From: Schmidtea nova
Taxonomy: Eukaryota
Direction of reading: 5' to 3'
Length of the DNA stretch: 64,000 nucleotides
NCBI GenBank assembly: GCA_044892505.1
Contig: CM097882.1
Location: 111,538,001-111,602,000, forward strand
The notes beneath the pieces were generated by a model. The model ran no database searches and was not told the DNA's origin. It saw nothing but the letters and a program-made list of their open reading frames with translations. Below are positions 32,628 to 46,096 of the stretch, in pieces (the stretch's first letter is position 1; every line of letters starts with the position of its first letter). The position numbers and the translations under genes were made by a program.

Positions 32628-33950
32628 TTTTTAGGGATATGTAACTATTATAGAAGGTTTATCAAAGACTATGCCAAAAAAAGCTAGAACGTTGAAAGAA
32701 CTATGTGGAAAAAACAATGTGAAATTAATGTGGACAGAAAACTGCGAAAAGGCGTTCAAAGATATGAAGAAAGAATTATTAGAATTCCCTGTTTTAGGAT
32801 ACCTATATTTTACAAGAGAGTTCAATTTAGATACAGACGCCAGTTTTGATACAATTTGGGCTGTATAATCACCAAGAAATAATAATGGTTACAAAAAGGT
32901 TATAGCATATGGGTCACACGCGATGAGAAGTCATGAAAAGGATATTGTTATACGAGAAAAGAGCTATTTGCAATTTACTACTTTTGTCATCATTTTAATC
33001 ACTACCTGTACAGCAAAAGATTTACGTTTAGAAAGGATCACAAAGCAATCACGTTCATGCTATCCACAAAAAAGCCAATAACTGCGCAATTTCAGACATG
33101 GATCAACCCTCTCAGTAGTCTAGACATTAAAATGGAATACAGAAAGGGAGTGAATCACACAAATGCCGATGCACTGTCAAGAAGTACATATGGGACTTGT
33201 ACACAGTGTCTCTTGAATCACGAGAATGCAAAGACCGAGAAAATGAAAACACGGCGTATAAACATGATAAAAAACTGAGAATTGTAAATGGCAAGAAGAT
33301 GATGAAGAGATAAAACAAATAAAGGAAGATATAGCACAAGGGTTATGCTGAAAAAAACATATTGAAAGAAGGAGTAGTAACGACCAAGGAAGGAAAAATA
33401 TGGGTTCCGAAGAATAAGAAACGGGAAATTATAAAAGAAATGCACGGATTACTATCACACGCAGGAGCTGAAAAAGTGAAAAAATATATAGCTGATCATT
33501 ATGATATAAAGGATATAAAAGAATCGATGAAAGAAACAATTTGAGCTTGTAAACCATGTCAAAGGATAAAGGTAGTTACGACAAAAACGAAGGAAGAGAC
33601 AATTAAACTTACCGCTGATGAACCACGTGGGTCATTCCAAGAGAAATTTAGAAAGAAAGATATATTATTGCAATAATTGATCAATATAGTAGATACATAT
33701 CGTTGACAGCCGTAAATGAGCAGGATGAGAACACGATAAATAAAACGATGAATAACAAATGGATTCTGAAATTTGGAGTACCAAATGAAATCCACGTAGA
33801 TCGTGGAAAAGCGTTTGAATTGAAGGTCATAATGGATTTCACAGAATCAATGGGAATCACACTATGTTTTTCGAGTCCGTATCATCATAATACAAATGGG
33901 AGTGCTGAAAGGCAATTAAGGACAATAAGAGATTATGTAAACGCGTGATA
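32628..33950 (+). mobile_element. Gypsy pol fragment (RT end-RH-IN) on the opposite strand, frameshifted
   Basis: GICNYYRRFIKDY, LDTDAS, DHKAIT, NADALSR, H..LSHAG, IHVDRG, SPYHHNTNGSAER. Confidence 0.88.
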
Positions 33951-36295
33951 AAAAGAAGGGAATCAAACAAATTGGTGAGATATATTGATGTGAATTTTGA
34001 TGGAGAGACCCTTCACTATATGGGAAAACTCCCATGATTCGATAAGATACTACGGGGAAGCAGTTAGTCAATTTCAACAGGAATCGACTACTCCAAAAAA
34101 TACGATAGACTGCTGATCCTCATCAAAGACAAACAACAAAGAACCCAACGAGAACCCCGCAAACGGAATTCCAAGAAATCGGGTTATTGGTGGTCACGTC
34201 CACTCGACCTCTTCGGATTTCCCAGGAGCAGCAGATGAGCCGATTTTCTATCACGGGCTTACAGAAAAATTCCATTACCGAGGGTCTGCAGATTCTCAAA
34301 GTTTTCGCACAGAATGCAACATTATGTTTTTAATTAAAAAGTGTCCTACATCAAATAAATGTTTGTTGCCTGAACTTGTGTTATACAATGAAATTTATGA
34401 TAGAATTTAACCCTACGAAGGTCATTTTTTACTAATTTTTATAAGTGATCAAACCTTTAATAGAAAGTTAACTACACGTTTAATAAAACAACTTTTGTTA
34501 TATATCTCTTCAGTATGTCCAAATGTCTGCAAACGTAAACCGACATCGACAAGGCTCAGAGGATTCGGAAGTGCCTTGAACGGGATATTGAGCACTGGAA
34601 AGCCCAAGCGGCTAAGCTGGAAATAAAAATCCAATACTTGCGGCAAACTCAAATGAAGGAGCAATTTGGACGTACCGAGCGTGCAGAGCGAGCCGTCTCC
34701 AATACGACATTAGATCTCGATGTAATGTCTCACAGCGTTGTTTTGAATTTAGTTTTAAGGACATAAAACAAAGAAATATAAGGTTTTAATTAACGAAATA
34801 ATTAAGAAAACTTACTTTTTGTATGGGTTTTCAGCAGGAATTAATTGAATCCCAAATTGAAAAGACGTCAACATGAATACATAAACAAGTTAAAGCGTAA
34901 GAACTTCTAACGGCCACTAGAACTCGATGAAGAGGGGGTAGCGGAGAGTAGTCATTGCAAAGGGGCTCACCTATCCACTTGCCTCTCACCGCCGTACACA
35001 GTTCCAACATGGTTACCTAGGAAATGGCCATGGGTGTAAGAATGGAACAGATAGATATTTATGTAGAGGTGGGGTTTGCATCCACCCCTTAAGTCACCAG
35101 TGAAAATATCGATGTCCACACTAGACACCAACAGTTATCTAAATAAATATGCACGATTAAAAATGAATCATTTTTCGTTTTGTTTTCATTCGGAACTTCC
35201 AAGTCGTAAACAAGCTGTAAATATCTTTAGCCTGTTTGCGATGTATATAAGTTCATGTGGGTTGTAAGGAGGAAGTGGATTATCCCACCAGCCTATTGTG
35301 AAACTATTGAATAAAGCGGTTAACGCATTCAAAAGTTTACATCTGTTTTTTCTATCTTTTTTTCTACGACATAGTAAATGAGACGATTAAGTAAAACAGC
35401 AATGAATAAGGAACAGGTAGGTGTGTATTTTTATATAGTATAAGTTATCTGATTATTAGGGGTGAGACACTTCAGTAAAACACGATGCATTGCCTCGGTA
35501 TTTATAATACCTACGATGCGTTGGTTGGTGATTTTCAGCCATACAGTTGTCATTAGATAAAGTATTTCATGTACATTTTGTTCAATTTTTAAAACTTAAA
35601 GTAAATAAATCTTATCATTTTTTAAAATTAAAGTTGTCCTTACTTTATATAATTAATAAAATATTGTATTAACCGCATCTTTAATATTTTGTTTTAAAAT
35701 ATGTTTCGTTTAAAAAGTAAATATCTATGGACGTCTTTTAAATTCAGTTAGTTTTGTGTATTATATTTTATTGATTTTATGCTTTACATTTAATAATTAT
35801 TTATTGTTGGTAATTCAAAATTAGTAATACAAATATCAGATGCCACGTCAGGTATTTATTATTAGTAGCAATTAAAACTATTATTATATGTATTGTTACT
35901 TTAGAAATGATTATAATTCAAAATCTAATTTTTAAAATTTATTTTGTAATAAGTTATTAATAATATGAAATTTATATTAACAATGTAAATAAAATTACGA
36001 AAGCAAAGTAAAAATGCAAAGGATTTTATTTGGCAAAAAACAAAAAGTACAAGGGTAAAACTAAAAAAAATTTAAACTTATTGAGAAAGACAAGTTTACT
36101 TATTTGAGCAAAGTAATTCTTACTGGATTTTGAAAAGCGCCGGTGTCAATCTATTCAATATTATTTATTTGAGTACGATGTTCTGATTTTATAAATAAAA
36201 AGTTGAAAAAGACCAGCTCAAATAAATACGTGATGGCGAATTACAAAATCTTATACATTACCTTGCTAGGCAGCACAGGGTATTCTTTTTAAATT

Positions 36296-36919
36296 GATAA
36301 CCAAAAACTATCAACTGCAAATTGAAAATGTAATTTTCAAAGTTGAATCAGTTTGCGAATTTGATTTATCGTGTGAATCATCAATTTATTTTATTCTAAG
36401 CTTCACATATCCATTGATTCATCAAGGAAATTATGTTAGGTTGAGTACCCGAAACAACTCGATAGCTCCTTTGTTGATTTTTTGATAGCTCAAGTAAACT
36501 TCCAAAATGAAAGTAGTCTTGTTTATTTTCTTTTGAATTTATTATTCTTGCTTTGTCGATATCTGAAATCCTATACAGATCTAATAACTTTTTAAATATA
36601 TATTATTTCAACTTATGATTTTCGAACATTTTTCGGGTATCGAACGTAGTGTAGTTGGTCGAGGTAACTGGAATATCTGAAAGGCTAAGAACATAGTAAA
36701 ATAAGTGATTCCATAATGTACTTACTTATTGGAACTTATTATAACCAAAAAACATTAACTGCAAATTGAAAATATAAAATTCAAAGTTGAATCAGTCTAC
36801 AAATTGGTAATTTTTGGTTTATTGTGGTGACTCGTCAATTTCTTTTATTCTATACTTCACATAGTCATTGCTTCATCAAAGAAATTAGCTTAGGTTGAGT
36901 ACCCAAAACAACCCGATAT
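36296..36919. repeat. Diverged direct duplication of about 170 bp (36296-36466 and 36741-36919)
   Basis: Shared AACTGCAAATTGAAAAT, TTCAAAGTTGAATCAGT and TAGGTTGAGTACCC. Confidence 0.8.
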
Positions 36920-37897
36920 CTGTTTTGTTGGTAATGTAATTAACGGAGTATAGTAGCCGAGCATGTGAGCTTTGTTTCCAAAATTACTCAAACCAACTCT
37001 GCTCTCCTGGTGTTGATTGCCGATGGAAGGATTTACGCCAATCCTCGCTCTTAGTTCTCTTTATGATTCACTGGGGTCTTAAATCAATCGTTTCTCATAA
37101 TTTTCATTTGACTCTAACGACTGGTAAATCATCCTTGAAATTAAAATCATAATTTACGACAGCTGAGAATGTTAACAAGAAACACTTATTATTGTACGAC
37201 ACAAATATACAATTTAGTTTAGTTATAACAGGAATATCTTGTCAATCAGTTTCTGATTAGAAGAGGTTCAGAAACCAATTTGCTTCTTCAATTGAGCTTT
37301 AAATTGGACCTCTCTCCGCTTCTTCTGGGTCATTTTTACTAGATATACGGATGGAAATATCTACTGATTTGAGTTTTATGGTAGCCTCATTCAACATTAC
37401 CAATTCTGAATCTTTACTTTTACAGATCAGATGGATCCATAAAGCCAATTCCTTATTGATGAAAGTACAATTCAGAGCATTTTGACAATATCGTAATTAG
37501 GGCATAACCGAGTAGATAATATCCCTTTGGCTTATCGACATCGGGCAAGTTTCTGATGAAGATCTTGGACATAGGAAGAGACAAAATATGACACCAACTC
37601 GGCTATGTGCTCTTCCGATTTTCTCTGAGCTCGCTAATCTCAAATTTTCTGCATCTTTAAACGTTTACAAGCAGTTATTTGTTTGGCGTTAATAAACTTG
37701 ATAATATCAATGAAATATAAAATTTAAAATATAATGTAAGATTCTGACCTTTTACGCCAACATTTTCCTTCTCTCTACTATCCTTTATAGTAATTTTTTT
37801 AAATTTAGTTAAGGTGCTAGTATTTCTACATTTACTCGACTTAAATATTAGCATAATTATCTTTTTTCACCTTTGATCTTTTTTTATTATTATTATC

Positions 37898-38080
37898 AAT
37901 AATTCTCATAATGACTATAGATCACAATTTTTTTTTATAAACAATAACACAATATTTCGGCACAGCCTTTATCAAGTGTGTATACACACTTGAAATACAC
38001 ACTTGATAAAGGCTGTGCCGAAATATTGTGTTATTGTTTATAAAAAAAAATTGTGATCTATAGTCATTATGAGAATTATT
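37898..38080. repeat. Perfect fold-back: 85-bp inverted arms (37898-37982 / 37996-38080) with a 13-nt spacer; made of Penelope-tail sequence
   Basis: Arm-by-arm complementarity including the T9/A9 run; the spacer begins with a copy of TACACACTTG. Confidence 0.95.
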
Positions 38081-38278
38081 TATTATTAAATATTAGCATC
38101 CTTAATTTTAAAAGATTACAGCCAAACGTAAATCAAGCCATTAAATCATCAACTTTTATTAAGAAATAAAACACAAATAACTAGAAAATCATGTTTCTTG
38201 AAATTTCATTTCTCGACCGTAGTCACCCAGCATGATATTTAGGTATAACGAATTTGCACATCACCAAATAGGCTTCCG

Positions 38279-38420
38279 ATGAGAATGAAATTTTGTCCGT
38301 GTTATAAAGTCGGCTATAAAAATTTTAATTAAATTTAAATAATATTTTGACCAATATCATTTTTATTTCAACATATCACAGCATGAGAATGAAATCTTGT
38401 CCGTGTTATAAAGTCGGCTA
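38279..38420. repeat. 38-bp direct repeat (38279-38316, 38383-38420), 1 mismatch
   Basis: ATGAGAATGAAAT(T/C)TTGTCCGTGTTATAAAGTCGGCTA. Confidence 0.85.
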
Positions 38421-39870
38421 GTTTTCAAAGCAATAGCTCACGTATGTTAAATCACGTCTCACATAGGGATATAGGGTATACGAACAGGAGAGTTATGCAT
38501 CCAGAGCTGCTCCTCGATCATACCCTGCTTTGCAGGTTCTTGTTGCTGATAGGTCTTACGTTTTGCTACACTATTCACATTCTATACATTTTACTTTTAA
38601 ACAACCAAAGAAAAAATTCTCACGCAGTCAAATAAACAAGACACTATATTATATTAGATAAAAAAAGTTTTAGTGCACGCATATCAAAATTAAGAATTTT
38701 CAAGTCTTCGATCAGCTCGTCGATTGTTGTACAATATTTTGCTTAATATTTAATTATATAAATTTGGCGCTATTAATTCCATGTTTCTAATTTCTTAAAA
38801 CACACTAAATATTTAAAACACACACCAAGATTTCCGAAAAGCTGAAGATTCCCAAAAGAATATTTTCATCCTAAACTTAGGACTTGCTAGTTTAACAATT
38901 GTTTTTAGAAAATAAATTGTTTATTAAAATATGTTTAAAATATGTTAATTAAAACATTGACATTCTTCATCGCCATAGTTAACATTTTCATCCGGTTCAT
39001 TATAAAATTTATCATCTTCAGGTGTATGATTGGTGTCATCTTGAAACTGTCAAGATCAAAAGATGGGGGTGCTGATCTTAACACAAATTGACTCCTATTA
39101 TATATCTATATATTTTTATATAACAAATAAATGAATGAATATAAATATAACAAAATTAATGTGGTTGCGTGTATTTTAAAAACAGGTAAAATCTGTAAAT
39201 GGCATATTCTACTATCAGTGAATGAATTCACGGAAATACTTCTTCATACGCCAAATTCAATTACCGCTTTTGGCGATACCTGATCAAATATGCATGTCAG
39301 GTTTTTCACAAATCATTTGTCAATAAAAGTCACATGCCCATAAATTGTTTTGTTTATTCGATATAACTAATCACAAATCATGATTCAGGAAAAATCACCG
39401 AGTTCAACTGACGCAATAGCGACATGTAAGACTAAAATTTGCAAGAGATTATCAATTATTAATATTGTTTCTTTTCTTAATGATTTCTTAAAATCTAACA
39501 ATGTTTTTCGGTATTAAATTGTCCAAACTGGAATTCCGTTTTTAATACAACTATTTTGAAAAAATAATAATATAAAAATGTATAGAAAATAAAAAAATCA
39601 CCTAAATACTATTATCAAATAAAATATATCTGCGAAATTCCAAGATTTTTTCTCAATTATTGCAAAAAATAGTATGATATTTGAAAATTCAATTGCTCAT
39701 AATATTGTTTTAAATGTTAGATATATTATTTTTAAGACAGTAATTTCTGTAGTCTTCGAGCTATAATTCTAGTAATTTCATTGTAACTAAATATTTTAAA
39801 TGACCAAAATTAAAAATGTTAAAGATAAGTAAATGCCGAATTATTAAATAACAGGTAAAACTCAAATTTA

Positions 39871-40827
39871 TTAATCGAAATTGAGCAATTCTTTTAAAAT
39901 ATCAACATTGTCGTTATTTTCTTTTTTTGTCATATTATTATTGATTGCACATTCCTGTTTTACAATATGTGATCCGTCATATACTGTGTAAATCAGTTTT
40001 GATTGTTTCTTTATTTTATGAGCTTCAGCCAACAATTTAGCCAATTGCCCCATCTCTGCCATTTCCTCCATATTAAGAGCTATTTAAGACATAAATTTAC
40101 GAATTCGTAAAAAAAGATTAACCAAAAATAATTATTTTTCCATTTCGCGTAAATTTAATTAATGACTTATAATTTTCTTTTTGGGTCTTGTAGTTCTTAT
40201 CTTTGTAAAAATAGCAAAAATGATCCTGTTCCAAGTCATACCTAAAATAATTATAAGTATGCTGGACAGTAATAAAATAAATATTTTACACGCAATTGTA
40301 TGGATGCTCTACTTTTAGCGAGTCTAAATCAATTTTGTATGGAACTTTGGTTTTGGCAAATATATTGAACACCTTGTACTTTTTTAATTGTACTGGATAA
40401 TTCAATTTGTTCAGTCTTCGAGCAATAATTCTAGCTCCTTTACGTGCTCCCTCGATACTATAACGATGAATAAAAATGTTATTCTATGTGCCATAAAAGT
40501 ACCTTCGTGCACCTAATACTACCATTTTCCCTGATGAATAGATTTTAATCATTTCTATTTCCGGTTGTCGTAATTGAATTTCCAATGTATCCTAAATTGA
40601 ATCATTTATATTATAAATTAAGCAGTTTTGTATACCATTTTTGACTCGATATAAGAAACATCGTGACTTTTCAAAACTATTTCTCTCAACGGAAGACAAA
40701 TTCCAAGATTCATCGTAGCTGATACATTAGTGATCTCGATACACAATTGAGAGTTTGTCATTTCTTCGATAGAAGAATTTTCTAATTTGCGAATTCTACT
40801 AGATCGTTGTAATCGTGCCTCTTCCAT
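39871..40827 (-). CDS. TBPL1: TBP-family factor, TRF2/TBPL1-like, 258 aa; exons 40827-40636, 40591-40503, 40457-40290, 40241-40123, 40079-39871
   Basis: Four GT-AG introns (44, 45, 48, 43 nt) give a 777-nt frame with ITNV, RQP...KIYSSGKMVVLGA, GARIIARRLNKLNY, KVFNIFA and F.RNGKIII; these are closer to recalled TRF2 (ITNVV, GARRLAR, KVVNVLA) than to TBP. Confidence 0.82.
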
Positions 40828-43761
40828 ATTATAAATTAAAATTTTTTTCGATTATTTAAACTAAGTTACCTTTTTTTAGAAATTAAATTTTTTTTATTTG
40901 AATTTAAAATTTTACGTTTAGTTTTTTAAATGAATAATTCATGTATTACATAAATTATGTCAATTTTCATACAATAGATATATTATATTGTATATGGTTA
41001 TAAAATTTGACACTTCAATTGCGAATAAATATGAATATTTATTAGTTTACGCTTATGTGGTCCTTATGCTATTAAATAATTTCGACAAAAAGAAATTGTA
41101 ATCTGACTCCTCCTGTTCTCTATATTAGTTAACAAGACTCATGACAAATAAGCTTTATTTTCAATACAGCAATTTCAAATATTCAAACTTTTAATTGTCA
41201 ATAATTACAAACACAGTTTGATTCTTCTTTTCTATTCTCGACAATAATAGTTTGGAATATTAGCAGTTTATTCTATGGAAAACAGCACTGAAAACATCAT
41301 TATGAAATTTTGATAATATTTTCTTCGACCATGAATGACAATTTTAATTAACTTTACCCTCATATTTATCGATGTAATTAAACAATAATCAATTCCAGCT
41401 AAAGTCAAATCTCCATTTCCTTAACTTTTCCATCATAAAAATAAAATAAATTAAAATTATTTGGTCACCTCTTGATTTCGAAATAATAACGTATGCTTTT
41501 ACAGTTTGCAAGTAAAATGCTTCTTGGAAACCAATTTCGATTCTTGCTCAATTACTAACATGATATTTTTTATCATCAATTATTCTTCTAGTTTAATTAA
41601 AAAATGATATATTTAAATTTTTTTGAAATTTTGAAGTTTTTTATTAAGTCAACAAAAATTTCAACAAATTGACTAACCAATTATTTCATTTATTTTCTAG
41701 TTTAAGTTCTAGTCATAAGACTGTTGTATTGCGATATAAGAACATAATAATTATAAACTACATATATTAAAATATTTATTAAACGTTTATAATTTTTCCA
41801 TAATTTAGTTAGCGTTACTGTGACTATTAGGCAAAAATATATACAAATAAACTAAATTTATTTTATTTATAATTTAAAATTTTAAAAAGATAAATTTTTA
41901 ATATTAAAGTTAGATTTAGAAATTAAAATATCACGTTGTCGATTAAAATTAAAAGTTATTGTAAAATTTGATGTTATGTCGATTAATTGCATAATAATTA
42001 TATAAATTTTAGGGTGTCCCATAAAAATAAAAGTTTAAAAAGTCCTGCTCTCGCCTGCTTAAAAGTTTCTCTTTGGCACTCTGATATCACAGGAAAATTT
42101 TCTTAATTTTTCAAAAATATTTAGGGGTCCCCCAAGCATGTCAAACAATTAATATGCATGTTTACTAGTTAAAAAATAATAAAAACGTTACTTTTTAAAG
42201 GCACATTCCAAAAATTTCTCATATTATTATCACGAGAACTACGCAGCAGTGTAGCACCATTTAAAAATAAAAGATTCAGTTAAAAACTTCATGTCTCTTC
42301 TCCAGATTCTACAATCTACATGTTCATAAGACTGTCATGATTGCAGCTGGGGAACTGTTTGCGAGTCTGCTCGATGACTTGCAGCAGATACTGCTTTTGA
42401 GTCTCATTTAGTTGTTGAATTGAACATCTGTATCAGTGCAACACCTCTCTCAGCAACATCGTTAACACAATCTACGTTGTGAATCATAACTGCAGCTTTC
42501 TGGTAGGATTCAAACTGTGACCATTCAGGAACGTGAATGTCAAGGAAACTGACATGATTGCCAGTTGGGCTGAAGAAACTGCGTGGTATTTTCAGTTCAG
42601 CAATGCTGCTTGGCAATGTCTTCAACAGATAAGAGCCACGCTCATAAACCATGCTAGAAATCAGCTGAGATTTCTCATCAGCTGATGGCAGCTGTGAGAA
42701 CACAACAAGTGTGGCAAGTTCTGGGCTCATATACCAAGAGTGGCGTATCATCATTTTGAATCCAATGTTCCGCAGACCGCTGTCATCGTATGAGTTCAAA
42801 CGTTGAATCAGAAGAATGTGAACCATGATATAATGTAGATGTTGATGACAAATCTATTGAAGCGCTGTATACCCTGCAGCTGACGACCAGTCGATTTCAG
42901 CACGGTCTCATTGCCGTCGTACAGCAACTCCATTTTCATGGAGTAAATGGCCTTTGCCATCCATCGTGCACTATGCAGAGCACCCGGCTTTTTAATTGTA
43001 GCTGTGACGTTAATACCAACCAGCAATCCGGCCAATATGAGAAATTCCTTGTAATCTTCTCTAGCACGAGTTTCATCGAGTTGCTGCGAAATGAATGCTT
43101 TCAGACTGTCAGATGCTGCTATGATAGGTGATTTCTGCAGCTTGTCAACATCGTATATCTGTTGATGTGTAAGATTGGATCAGCTTTCTTTGAATTTCTT
43201 GAACAGAAGTATGTCAGGTCCTGATGATGGTCCTAGACATTCACTAAATGCATCAGCCAGTAAAACTTCAGGCATGCGATGATGACACGCCAGCCAGAGA
43301 AGATCACGACCAAGTGACTGTTCTAAAAGCGCGCAAGCTCCATTCAGTCTGCCTGTGTTAGATCGTATCGAAGCACATGCCTATGACAAGTAATGCACAT
43401 TTCCATGACTCCAACTCTTGAAAAACGGCATATGCTGCTACTTTACCCAGACCCAGACGCAAGCTTTGGCACTGCTAGCAGTTTATTGCTTCCATACTCT
43501 AGAGATGAGAGCAATACTGGAAGTCTGTCCACCTGGTTATATTCTTCATTTGTCAAATCTGTCAATAACTTCTCATCGCAGTGCACAATAGACTTCACAT
43601 GATCTTCACTGTGATCTTTTCAGCACACTCTTTCCGGAAAAGCTGTCTTTGTCGGTGCACTGTGCTTCTCTTGAGAAAACTACAGATGAAGTGGATGAAC
43701 CTGCCTCATTGACAACAGATGCAAGAATCATTGCTGACTTCCGAATGCTAGAATTGGTTCT

Positions 43762-44618
43762 TGTAAAGGTTATATCTTGTTGTTATCTTTATTTTTATTA
43801 TTGTAATTATCATTATTATTATTGTTAACGCCGTCATGATTATGGTGGGTGTCCTTGCGGACACCGGATAACCACACATTTTTTATTTTGTAAAATAATC
43901 ATAAAAATAGTAAAATTTAAAATCAAAAAAAATCAATTCCTATAGTAATATAAATTCCTATAGGAATTTGACAATTAGAAAATTGATTATAAAATTAAAA
44001 AATTAGAAATAAGTAATTGACTAAAAAATTCTAAAAATTTAACCAGGACAAAAACGATAAACCCGAAAAGGAATCAAATTAAAAGAAACTAAGAAGCTAC
44101 CCAAAGAAAATTTAATGACTATTTATGATTTGTGATTTATCCAATCTATGACTAATTATCCACTGTGAGTACCGGTTATTCTTTATTTCTTTAATAAATA
44201 CAAGTTGTTATTATAAATATTGTTTTGGTTTTGTTATAATTTTTTATTGATATACACCCAAAAGCACGTACACAACAAGCACCAAGAGTGTCTCCACACA
44301 ATATTGGAAGACTCTCTCGGGCTCTACAAATCTCTCCTTCAATACACATCCTACACACAATGTTAACCAAAAACATTATTTCCACACAACACTAATCGAA
44401 AACTTTATTCACAATATAATTCACAATATAATTCACAATATAATTCACAACATAATTCACAACATAATTCACAACATAATTCACAACATAATCCACAACA
44501 TAATCCACAACATAATCCACAACATAATCCACAACATAATCCACAACCCACTAATTCTCAATATAGTTGGTGTCCTCAACTTAAATACTCATCAAAAACT
44601 TTATATTTCAACATAACA
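43762..44618 (+). mobile_element. Solo LTR, 857 bp, 5-bp TSD GTTCT; related to the Gypsy-1 LTR family
   Basis: TG...CA ends; GTTCT at 43757-43761 and 44619-44623; removal rejoins the transposase as VLDRTNSSIRKSAMIL; TTGTAGAGCCCGAGAGAGTCTT core shared. Confidence 0.9.
44410..44547. repeat. 12-bp minisatellite: 3x CACAATATAATT, 3x CACAACATAATT, 5x CACAACATAATC
   Basis: Counted directly from the sequence. Confidence 0.95.
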
Positions 44619-45344
44619 GTTCTATCCAATACTGCGGAAACTGTTGGATTGATGACAACGTTTATTGCAACTGATGTACTCATAAAGTCAGTATCAGACT
44701 CATCATCTGTCTCATCTCCATCAGTGCTACTATCTGCTTCATTGGAAGCACAATAGTCAACCGATGTGACTGTCGCTGATGCGGCCATGCAGTTGGTATG
44801 CATACACTGTGACAATCTCTCGTCGTTCAGCTGATCGCTTCTCTTTTGCTACAAGCTGTCTGTCAACTGATGTCATCGATCCAACGCGTGCTATGCGTTG
44901 TAGTCTTAGAAATTCTCTGTCTTCATCATTCTTTATTATCTGCTCTGCTCTGGTATGACTGATGTCAAACAGTGAATCGAGCTTCTTGGTGTACTTGTGT
45001 TGGTTCAGTTTGTCCGTGTTGTTGCTTCTGCTGCGGTGCTTCATAAGCCCTGAATAATCGTCATACAACTGTTTGACTTTCTGCACAACGTGATTTTGTG
45101 TCTTGTTGGAATTCTCGATTTCTCCCAAAACGGCATCACCTGAGCAAACACTTCTTGGGCACTAGCGTTCATTGTCAGTTTTTTAGATCGGTGGTAAAAG
45201 ACAAAGTTTCTCAACAAGTCACGACCAGACGGCAGACGTGCACCATTGATTGATTCAAGAGGATATCCTATGAGCCATTCTTGCTTGATTTTTGTATCGG
45301 GCATGGTAAATGTACACGTCAAGTTTTTTGCATGTCGGTAGTTT

Positions 45345-46096
45345 ATTTTGCCATTCGCAACCTATGTTACAAACTCTAGCGTCTTTTCTAAAATTTTAGG
45401 GAAAACGACAAAGTCGTTTATTTCTGTTGAACGAGTTGTTCCGGCTGGAACGGTTAGAGTTGTTTCGTGTATGTTTTCTACTGTAGATTGTCTAATTTCT
45501 GAGATAATTTCTCGATGGCGTTTACTATTAAGTTTTCATTAGTAATTTTGGTTCTTTTACTAATCGCGTTGACGGTTGGGTTATTGGTTTGTGTTATGTC
45601 GGCGATTCTATCTGCTACTTCTGCAAGTTCTTTCACATTTGCAGATGGCAATGATGCTAGTACGGTTTGTGTAGTTGCTGGAAGGGCCGATAAGAAAAAA
45701 CGCTTTTAAACTGTTTCGTCTGCGGTGATTCCTTTCTGTAAGGTTTCCAGGTCAGAGATCGCTTTGCTCAGAAACGTGGATGGTTTTTGATCGTCAATGT
45801 TCAAGCGTTTGAAATAACGATGAAAAACGTTTGACTGAGACTCGGAATAGTAATGGAGTACAGAGTCTTAGGATGGTGTATGGAGTTGGATGTGATGCAG
45901 CTAACACTATTGAGTAACTAATATGCGAAAGGATGTCATGGGGCAAGTTTTGCAATAGGTAATTGTATTGTTGCTTTTGTGTGGTTATGTTGTAGCTTTG
46001 GAAATAAGTTTCCATGATTATAAACCAGGCCGTAGGAGATCCCTGTTTGTTGAGGAAAAAATGACATGGTTTTTTAATTTGGTGTATTGTGTTCAA
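45345..46096 (-). pseudogene. Gypsy gag fragment inside the hAT element
   Basis: PTAWFIIMETYF, YLLQNLP, DQKPSTFL, FLSALP, LAEVADRI, C.F..NF...AR.C..GC.W. Confidence 0.8.

Noticed and set aside
34900-37800. Possible decayed or multi-exon genes (splice-like GTAGGT/TTAG sites near 35400-35560; duplicated 170-bp segment)
   Set aside because: No consistent frame or recognisable protein motif could be assembled by eye.
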